A program made the translations under genes and the position numbers. A stretch of DNA of 64,000 nucleotides, taken from contig NC_043009.1 of NCBI RefSeq assembly GCF_006345805.1, positions 15,748,001 through 15,812,000 on the forward strand. Reading direction: 5' to 3'. The stretch is from Octopus sinensis. Its lineage: Eukaryota. This document shows, piece after piece, positions 53,481 to 64,000 of the stretch (position 1 is the stretch's first letter; the number at the start of each line of letters is the position of its first letter). The notes under the pieces are model-generated. The model did no database searches and was not told where the DNA came from. It saw only the letters and a list, made by a program, of their open reading frames with translations.

Positions 53481-54035
53481 TATAGTAATTAGACAAAATG
53501 ATGGAAACCCCAGTTTTTACTTTAAAATTTTTCTAATGGGAATATAGGAAATTCAAAATCTGTTCCATTCTGAATATATCTGCTCATATGCATTATGTGT
53601 GTCGTAGTTGATGACATAGCTCTGTTTTATATTTCGTAGTCATTTAAATTTAAGTAAGTTAAAATGCGTGATTTATCAGATTTCTAATGGGATAAATTTT
53701 TAGAGCGTGGACGGCGGGATATTCAGTCACTAAAATTGATAAAATATTTAATGTTTCGAGAGGCACTGTCTCAAAAACTTTATTGACATGCCAAAAGTGT
53801 GGCCAAATTTGGCTATGGCAAGCATAATGTTGGACGGAAGGCAAAGGTTACAGAAATGAATCGCAGAATGATATAAAATTATTTTGTCTAAAACCCAGCG
53901 AGTAAATGTGATAGCAGAACAAATATTCCACATTGCTAACTCCATGTCAAGAAAAAAACATTCCTCGTGAGTCCCAGATATCATGGAAGTGCAAAAGCGA
54001 TGAAGACATTGGCTATATCTTTCTCAAAACCAAGA

Positions 54036-54232
54036 TTGGTTTCAGATTTTGGCTTAAATCCAGCAATTTGGTGGGGAGAGAAAAGTTGATTACATCGATT
54101 CCGGTTATCAACTGCTACTTATTTCATCGGCCCCGAGAGAATGAAAGCAAACTCGACCCCAGGGGCATTTGATCTTGGAACGTGTAATCAGAAGAAATGC
54201 CGCTAAGCATTTTGTTCGACGCGCTAACAATT
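54036..54232 (-). mobile_element. Diverged SINE family B copy
   Basis: ttggtttcagattttggc..gattacatcga..gaatgaaagcaaactcgacc..aaatgccgctaagcattt. Confidence 0.7.
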
Positions 54233-55424
54233 TGATATAACTAAGGTTGTCGTGGATTTAAACAGCCTCTATTGAGCAAAAATTGTCCAGAGAAGGCTGA
54301 GCTCTGTTGAATGAAAATTTGATTGTAGGATGAGTTGTGATTGGGGAATGTTGAAAAGAATTTTCATTGATTAAATTTGAGGTTGCGTTATTCAAGATTT
54401 ATATTTCAATGTTGAAGTTTGTAAATCAGGTGCGCCTATTTAGATGTGGCAGCTTCAGGTCAATGACTTTTATTACATGTACACAAAATGATGTACGTAG
54501 GAATAATGGGTATGATGGTCAGCATATGTGTCACTATGTATAGGCGCTTGCTTCATTTCGATACTAATGGGAAATTTACACTTTGAGACTGTGCAGGCGG
54601 AAGTGTTTAAAACTTTCCACTTAAGATTTTATTGAGGCGTGTCAATTTTTAAGTTATGACATTTTAAGGATTCACAAAATAATAACAGTTGGTCGTAAGT
54701 TTTAGTTGGTCAGCAGCCTATTTTACTAGATATCGGTGTTGTTTTTAAATTGTTTGTTTTGTATGTTTGGCGGTTATTAGTAAAAACTGCCATGGTGTTA
54801 TTAGTATGAACATTTTTTTATCATTTGTTTCAATGTTCACAAAGGATGCAAGTAGGGATATATGTCGTTTGTCAGCATATCTCTCGCTAGAAGTTTATTA
54901 TACTAGAAAGTATTTAATTACTATTTAAAAATTTTATACGTTGCGTTTCGAGAGAACTTTTTGAGCTACTTTTTATAAATATTTATTTTATTCGTTTTGA
55001 ATCGTTGGTATTTTATATATTACTTTTGGCCTGTGAATATATGAGAAGTATGCATCATATAATGTGTGTTTGTAATTTGGTATGGCAAAATGAATTAAAA
55101 TATAATTAATTTTAAATTTTATTGATATTATATAAGTACAAAAATTCTATACCAATCAAATATCTATTTTGTGTTTTCTATTATTTTTTCCCCAATACGG
55201 ATAAACCTAAATGTATGGCAGAAGTGTCAATGGAGACAACAAAATGGAATATGAAGCTTCGAAACTTTAGTAAAAGAGAGAAATCAAGTAAATATTGCCA
55301 TTAATCTATTAACAATAATAACTTATTTTCTCTGCATTTTCACCTAATATCAGCCACAAGGAAAAACGTACGATGAACCAGGATATATAACTAGAGTGAG
55401 TAATAACACTTATACATACACATA

Positions 55425-55464
55425 TTTACACACATGCATATATGCGTGTATACACACACACACA

Positions 55465-55545
<81 letters not shown>
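55425..55545. repeat. (CA)n(TA)n microsatellite
   Basis: Direct reading. Confidence 0.95.
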
Positions 55546-55549
<4 letters not shown>

Positions 55550-58143
55550 ATGCGATTTTAAAAGATGTTTATTTGTTTTACCGGTTTCACTTTTTAGAAA
55601 AAAATTGTCAAAAGTAACATGTAAAAATTTAGTTGTGTTAATTATTGGTTGTCACAAAATGCTACAATACATATATACAGTCTTTGGTAACAAGAACATG
55701 TTAAGAACATAAAAAATTCATTAAAAAGTTCATTAAAAATTCATAAAAAGTTCATCAAAATATTTTAAAACTTTGTAAAATCCTAATCACTCTCTAAATG
55801 CGGTTAACAATTTCTTAATGTTTGATGCTCGTACATGTCTGATATATGATATAAGAATTTCCAAGGCATTAAGCTTTAAAAATGTTAAATTTAATCCATA
55901 TTTAATTACAATGATTTCGGTAGATTTAGTATCATTTCTTGTTTAATCATTTCTATGGGAAGGTGTGTACATTTTTTTCATGATATATATTTCGAATAAT
56001 CATATGCTACAAAGCAGGTATGGCCTTTTTAGTATAGTATAGAAATATAATTTCTATAGTTTTGCAGCAATCTTTATTCATCTGCACCCAATAACCTTTG
56101 GAAAAGAATAAGTTTTGCAAGTAAGTGTAATATCTTTAATTTCATTAATAGAGGTACTTTTCTAGGTTAATCCAGCATTTTCATTTATTTAATCTAATTC
56201 AAAGTGCACTGAAACACACCGTTGTGGATCTGCTAACGTACTGATAGTCAACAAGATATTCATCATAATAAAACAACTTCAAGCGTCAGGCACATTTTTT
56301 TCTTCTCGATTTAACAGGCGTAACTCTGAACTTAGACAAACAAGCAATCAATATCTATTTTTGAAAAGTGTATTGTATAATATAGTTGTTGTGGCTCATT
56401 CCCAATTTTTTTTTGCGATTAACTGATAGAAGCCTGTCCCATTTTTATTTATTTGCAATAATCTATTTACATCTTGAACGAAATTTGCCTAAACGTCTAA
56501 TTATCGTATTTGTCACATGCAAAATTAAGTACATTATCTCTTCAATTGTTTGTCGTCAAAGTTTTTTGTTCTTTCGTCTGTTTAATACAAAGCAACAATA
56601 GACACCACTGTCACAGTCCTATTTCTTTATCGCTCAAAATTGCACTAACAATTTAACGCAAACAGCTGACAGAAAAATCAAATCTATATCTGAACACATT
56701 TTTTTTTATACTTAAAAGCAAACAAAATGAATTGCCTAAGATATGTTATGCATAGACAACCCGTGTTTCATAAATGACCATTGTTATAAAACATACCCCC
56801 GCTGATAAGAAAATAATCTGCATGTGGAATTGATCCACTGTTTTTGAATTTTAAGCTGGTTAATATATACTAAATTTCAATGTAGCGCATTTAATAAAAT
56901 TGTGCAAGCGTGAATCGATTAAACGCCCTGGTGTTGCAAACATTCGATATTTGCATTAATACAAAGAGAATGAGACAAAACTGCTGTCTCACGTCTAGAA
57001 TTTGTTGAAATGCATTATTAAGAATTATTTCTAATCATATTAGTAAAATACAGTGTGGTACAAGAGAAGTTGGACATTAATATTATGTTTTCGTTCTGTA
57101 TATTCTGCCAGACGCTATTATTTAGAACAAAAAGGAACCTGAGTAGTACACATTTATATCAATACGGCTGTGTAAGAATTCCTTTTACACGTTGAATGGT
57201 ATGTACCCTTTATATACCGCCTGTATACATTTACTTTGCGTCATGGATGCCGTTACAGATGGCAGAAACTTGTCTGTAACTGTATGCAGTTTATTAAGTT
57301 TGATTAATTAAACGAGTTTCGTTTATTGTTGATATGAAAATATCAGCAGTATCTTAAACAAAATTACTAAAAATATTTTCACGTTATTAAATTAATTCGA
57401 ATTTACTACTTAGCATCAAATTAATTCAACTCACGTCATAGAATTATTTTCTCTTCCACTTCTACGTTTCATAAAATATGCACCAGTAATATAGTGAGTT
57501 GATAACCTTTTTATATCAATTAAAGTAAATGTTTTCATTTTATAGATGCTTTCATGGCCAGGCCTTGCCGTTAGATAAGCATGTTGGTACCGGATACACC
57601 ACTGTGTCCCTTTTAACTGTCACGTACGTTTACAATTAGCCCCGTTTCTTTTCTCTGCGCTGGCTAATTATTTTCGTGAAATTTCTCTATTTAATGAAAC
57701 CGGATGCGTTGTTCCGCCTGGATAAATCTTGATTTATCTCCAGCACAAACACTAGTGACATATGTCCCTATCATATTTTTCCTCTCCTTATTTCAGCAGT
57801 ATTATTCCTTCAGTCCACTGCATATTGAAAGCCTTTCCATATCAACATGTGCCGGTATTAGCAATCTATATTTTATTATTAGCAACAATTCACAACGTCG
57901 AAAGTTACATATACCAGCATATATTTACTCTTAAGGCTCTGTGGTAGAGAACAATAAAAAAAATGTATACCGATTCTCTAACATACAAATTTAATGAAAG
58001 ATATATTTGTATTGGTATTGAAAAAGATGAGTTCATTTGAAGAAGTCAAAAGAAATTATAAAAAGAAAATGCAAAGCGTGGTCGTCTATATTTTTAAAAA
58101 TGCTCTACAAGCAAAAGAAAGTGGGAACAAAAGCAGAGGGATA

Positions 58144-58145
<2 letters not shown>

Positions 58146-58192
<47 letters not shown>

Positions 58193-58362
58193 TGTTGTAG
58201 TAGTAGTAGTAGTAGTAGTAGTAGCTGTTGTTGTTGTTGTTGTAGTTGTAGTAGTAGTAGTAGTAGTAGTAGAGTAGTGGTAGTAGTAGTAGCAGTAGTA
58301 GTAGTAGTAGCAGCAGCAGCAGCAGCAGTTGTTGTTATTGTTGCTGCTGCTGTTGCTGTTAT
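58146..58362. repeat. (TAG)n/(CAG)n/(TTG)n compound microsatellite
   Basis: Direct reading. Confidence 0.95.
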
Positions 58363-61300
58363 AGTTTGCAGAAGCAGTATCGGTATCTCAAGTGTACACT
58401 ACAAAGCAATGAAAGAATGAAATTTCTCCAAACTAACACAAGCACAAAAAAAAAATAACTTCATGTCTCTCAAAAATTAATTCTTAGGCGTTCGACTGGA
58501 AAGGGGACAGCTGTGATACATTGAAGATGTTCATTAATATGTTAACATGTAGTTTTCCTGCATAATGCGCATACTTATCTTAAGAAACGATTCAGTAGTT
58601 TAGCTTTGTTCTACTTATAAACAGGTGGTCACATATTTTTATTATGTAGATTATTTTAACCTTTATTTACTTTCGTTTATTTAGCACAATACTAGAAGAA
58701 ATATTATATTTGCCCGATTTAGTTTTCTTAAGTGATTTATAATCAAATCAGTATAAGAGAAATATAATTCAATTATCTAAACGAGAAAAATTATTAGTCA
58801 AGTTTAATAACAGAGGACTCAATTACTGTGGCTTCAGTCACCTGTGTATTGGTAATGAGTGCATTTATCAATTACAGACAGTGGTGAAATAAAAAAAAAA
58901 TAGTAGTTATTTCTGATTTTAATCCTTACTTATGGAAAGCAGATTGCAGTAAGGTGTTAAATAAAAAAGTAGTAAAGTGTGATTGGGAATGCTTCCATGA
59001 GTCAATTTCTGCTTCGTAGAAAGAAAACTAATATATATTTGCGTATTTAGTCTGAACTTACTTCTGTAGCACTATTCCATAATAAAGAAACAAATAAATG
59101 TTATTTTGAATTCAGCATATCTATGAAAGAATAAAATACTCAAGCAATTACCCTTTCTCATTCAATAATAATTTTTTCAAGAAATATTAGAGAAATAAAG
59201 ACTCTCATTTCAATAAAGAAAGCCATCATTTTTGCTGCATAATTCGTAGTTTACTAGAATGAAAACTATTTATTGTTCCGAGTTTTACACTAGCTAGAAT
59301 ACTTAATAATATGATATGCACCGCTGATAAACACATCACAATATGATTTAATATAGATTAATTACGGCTATCAAATTGCAAGAAATTACAAATATTCTAA
59401 AATACTACTCCTACCGTCTAATTGTACTGAAATATACACTGTAAATTAATAGTAAATATAACGACTGAATGATGGTGTTGCACACGAACGTATATTTTCC
59501 TAACAGATCCGAACGATGTCAAAGAACAATAAATCCATGAAACCGATTCTCAAACACCTACAAATTTAAGTGTCATACAAATTCCAAAAAAGATCCAAAG
59601 AAACAATAACAATAAGAGTCATTTACAAATAATTCAGGAAAATATATTACTGAGGCTAAGCAACGAAGCCAGTAATGATCAACACAGGAAACACTGTTGT
59701 TATCTCCCTTACCAATATCACAAATTCGCACAGAAAATACTTTAAAAAGTGCTTTAAAATGCTTTGTAAACGCGAGACCAAAATTTCCAAACTTATGCAA
59801 TTGAACAAGATAGCAATGAAGCACAACTGCATACGTGGATAGTGTCGCGTTCACATTCGCCTATTAATCTTCAGATACTGCTGCATAAATACAATCATTT
59901 ATAAATCATTTGGAAATGTGGTTCCACAAGAGACGTACCTCTCCCAAAACTATTCCCTTTTCCATCAGGGACACAACGGAATATCGGCATACCGAACCAT
60001 TATTAGCATCACCAGAAACATATACCAGCACGCACAAAAAAGAAAAAGTACTAGGGGTTACATGCATCGTTTCCAAAATATTCATTATGCAAATAGACGT
60101 AGTAATGCCGACAGTTTATGTAAATATATCACATAATCCATATTGTATGGTTGAACAATTAATGTTTTTTGAATATTTACAGTGCTCTGTCCAGAAACCA
60201 TAATAACTCACCAAGCAGATTTAAATTCAACATTTGAAGTGAGTAATTTAGATTAAAGCATTTCTATTCACCCGTTTCGTTTTATTACATCTACTGTATT
60301 AGACTTTATAGGAAACAGAAATTATATATTATAAGATTTTTATGTCTACATTACTAAGACTCTTTCGGTCTATTGATATATGTTTTATTCTTTAAGACCC
60401 TATCTGTCTCCTTTCTCTTCATCATTGTTTAGCTAACTATTTCACTGCGTTTTAATAATGATTCTCACATTCTAATCAGTTTTCAGTTAGTTTTCTTTCT
60501 GAATTTAATTCGAGTTGGTGGTGACAGTGAAAAAAGTATCACCCCACTTAGCAAGCTCACTTGAGGAACATAAACCAAATACATCAGGCAGGCGCAGTGT
60601 TAACTAGCTTGAATATTGGTTGTTAACCCGCTTAGTAATAAATCATGTCGTTAAATAGGATGATTTTATTATCTAGCTTACAATTTGACAACTCGTTATT
60701 TGTAAAGAAACATTAGATTTAACACGTTTCTAAGCATAACAGACCAATGTAAATGCGTTGCTTTGATACTTTTGAATATTAAATTGCAAGAAATAACTAA
60801 ATAATTCTCTAGATTCCACTTAAAGCTTATCCTTGGAAAGACATGATTTAAGCTTACAATCATATCTACTGTAATTCTTAATCAATTTGCAGTTATCTTG
60901 CGGAACAGACTCTCTGGGTTCTCGAATTATGATGCGGCGTTCACCACTCCAAGATTGTAAAATGTTTTTATGCTTATTCCAATATATTCAGTTCCTTGTC
61001 ATGTAACGTCAAACCATAAAACTTTAGAAGCTACAGTGCAAATTGTGAGAAGTGGCAGCATTTATTTCTAAGAAACTTCTCGAGTAAAGGATTGGGTTAT
61101 CTGTACAAATCACAATTATGAATAAAGCTTAGCTATCAGCATAAACCATGTATAATATCTATATTCAAGAGTATAAACACGCCATTGTTTTCTTGTAATT
61201 TAAACGCAAACATATTATTGAATATTATTAATTCATAACAGAATATCACAATTTGGCGATATTCTGTTTCAGAGAATCATTTCCCACTTTCTCTGATATA

Positions 61301-61505
61301 TTCAAGCATTTTGTAATGTCGGAAAGCAAAATGCAGAAATTTAGAAATATATTAATCGACACACATATATAACAGTAGATCAGTTTAGAATAATATTTCC
61401 TGGATGTTTCAAAGTATCTCTTTTAAAGCGTCTTCTATAAATTTTAATTGCAGCTAATAGTGATTTTTATTTATAGCAAACAAAAACAAAGAAATAACCA
61501 CTTAC

Positions 61506-61537
61506 CATAATAATCAAAAGAATAGATTCTTAGACGC
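61506..61537 (-). other. Candidate 32-nt exon of an unidentified host gene
   Basis: Minus strand ttatattctgttgcag|GCGTC...ATTATG|gtaagt has a strong acceptor and a consensus donor in a repeat-poor region; no homology support. Confidence 0.3.
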
Positions 61538-62137
61538 CTGCAACAGAATATAAACTAGTAACGTGCATAAAATAGTTGCCAAAGTCTCATCAAAGAGAAG
61601 AAGACTGAGAAAAGGATAAGATATAACATTCCAAACCAGAATATTTCACGTGACTCTTTGAGGAGGCTTAAAAATAGGAAGTTCTGATTCTCAACATTAT
61701 TAATCTCTGGCATCAACGAATTTCTATATGAAATCAGTAATTTATGTTCAATATTTGATTTTGTACTTAAATCCGAGTATATCTGTGAGCACGTGTGTTT
61801 GTACATATATACAAGTATATATGTGCATATAGATATATGTGTAAATGTATTTGTGCTTCATTGTATATTTTGCGGTAAAAAAAGGCATTTGCTCAAGCTG
61901 AAATAATAAAAAATATACAGTTATTGGAATAGTAAAACATTTACATAGGTACGTAGACAGCCATATACAGGTTTAATGATGTATGACAATATATTTGTTC
62001 AGTTCAACCAACAATTACAACTTTACTTGACTTTTAATGAAGATAATTTGAGGAAGATTTTATATTTCATTGAATCATAAGATCAGCCGTAAGGCCAATC
62101 GTAGGACACTACTTAGATTTAATTCTATATACATATA

Positions 62138-62385
62138 AAGGCCGGTTTCTTGATTTCATTGTTGTAAAGGTTCCCCACCTGAACGGGACGCCGGTCCGTC
62201 TCAGGTGAGTTGCTAGATGCAGGGGGAATATATAAAGGTGTGGCGAAAGAGTCAGTAGACGTCTGTCATTACATTCTACCAGAGCCACGTGGAGCTTGGG
62301 TGTTTCTCACATAAACACACATCGCCCGGTCTAAGATTCAAACCCGCGATTCCGTTGCTCTAACCACTAGACCATATTCCTCCAC
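62138..62385 (-). mobile_element. tRNA-derived SINE (family D)
   Basis: Minus strand TGGTCTAGTGGTTAGAGC (A box), GGGTTTGAATC (B box), and gacggaccggcgtcccgttcagg in the 3' part. Confidence 0.7.
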
Positions 62386-62386
62386 G

Positions 62387-62420
<34 letters not shown>

Positions 62421-62723
62421 ATACACTTTTGGTTTTGTGTGTGTACATATGTATACGTATAAGTACGTTTATATGTAGGTAAATGGATACGAATTTAAAC
62501 AGATAGACATATAGAAGGATAGGCACATGAGTAATATGAAGAGACAAGCACACATACACACATGCTTACGCAAATGAAGACTGAAACACGTGACCATATA
62601 CGCACTCACTTCACTTCACACAAGGAGACAGAGGTACACACACACATGCAAACTCACACGCATACATAAAAACACAGAAACATATGAACATGCAGAATAC
62701 ATACATACAAACGTACACGCATG

Positions 62724-62755
<32 letters not shown>

Positions 62756-63813
62756 CATACATACGCAAACACACACACACACATACAAGCATACACAGTT
62801 ATATGCGTACATACATATGTATGCGCGCACACACTGACCCAAATACATGCGCACAAACAAACAAAAAGTACGCAGCTCGGATAACGGACAGAGTCAACCA
62901 CTATTGAATAGGTTGGAAGACGCAACGAAAATTTTAGGAAAAATTAATAAGTAAATGGGTGGAAACTTTACCGGTGCGTGTATTAAATAATAAGCCACTA
63001 AAAGCGAATGACTATCTTCAGACACAACAGTATGTGTGTGTATGAGTGTGTGTCTGAAGCAATGAGTTATTAATTAAGAATACAAACTAATATTTGTGAT
63101 GAACATCGTCAAGATTTTACATTTAGTTATTTTCAATATATTATAAAAGTGTTACTCGTAATTAATTTCAAATACATATATAGCTGCTTTAAAAGCAAAT
63201 TCACGAACGTTGACATTTTGGACTTTTACGGTAACCTCTAAAACCAATAACACAGTAGAAAAGATTTTTTACAAATCTAATAACAATTGTCACTTTGTAG
63301 CAATACGCAATAATCACATCAAAAATAGAAAGTGTCTTCAAAGCAGTCATTGTTCTTTGATGTTGGCAATTTTTATTCAGTAGCCTGGGCAAGATACCAG
63401 GATGATAATCCTTGCTGTAAATTTTAGAGTAGCAATCTGTCATCCTCAGAGTAAATTCTATAATGTGTGGCCGTTCAATGGCATAAATATTACTTCTTTA
63501 TTTCTGAAGCAATATATTGCTTTAATGAGTTTTGAATAAATTGTGATAAAAATTTATTTTGATTTTTCTATGCACAATGTCTATAAAAGTAAGGCATATG
63601 TCTATTTGTAAAATTAGTTCTTGCATCGAAAATTGAAACTCTGGTTGTACGAAGAATTATTACTATTTATTATTAAAGTTATAATTGCCAAAAAAAAAAG
63701 ATGGTTATATATAATTAGTTCATCATACACTGAAGATGCTTCAATAACATTTTACTTTTTCTATTAATATTGAAAAACAATATTGTGGTTGAGTCAATAT
63801 TTTCTAAAAGTTA

Positions 63814-64000
63814 AGGCGGCAGGTTCGCAGACACCGTTACCGCGTTCGGCATAATGTACAGCAGCTTTTCGTCCGTCTCCACGTTCTGAGTTCGAATCCT
63901 GCCGAGGTCGACTTTACTTTACTTTTCATACTTTCAGGTTCCATGAAATAACTAACACTTCGACACTGGGTCGATGTAATCGACTTCTGCGCTCGCCCGA
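63814..64000 (+). mobile_element. SINE family B copy running off the window end
   Basis: ggcggcagg..cgttctgagttcgaatcctgccgaggtcgacttt..cactgggtcgatgtaatcgact. Confidence 0.8.

Noticed and set aside
57244-57290. Short hairpin as a pre-miRNA (also the one at ~61237-61268)
   Set aside because: Stems are only about 11 bp, and no known mature miRNA was recognised.

Overview
Eukaryotic, AT-rich, repeat-dense animal genomic DNA. The SINE families and extreme microsatellite load suggest an octopus or other coleoid cephalopod, which is an inference. No convincing host protein-coding gene is present, and most listed ORFs are microsatellite artefacts or transposon debris. The only long ORF is a 5'-truncated Neptune-type Penelope-like retroelement (RT + GIY-YIG, ~169-3118). 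The window also holds a decayed Naiad-type Penelope element; fragments of Tx1/L1, Dong/R4, RTE and CR1-type LINEs; Tc1 and mariner relics; a clean non-autonomous Helitron; and many tRNA-derived SINEs. The most notable theme is at least 8 type I hammerhead ribozyme (HHR) motifs: 3 near-intact (2980, 18995, 29210) and about 5 decayed. Several sit inside long fold-back elements, and in two of these the inverted arm begins at about the predicted self-cleavage site. SINEs also occur in tandem arrays separated by a repeated target-site-like sequence. All structures were read by eye; no database search or folding program was run.
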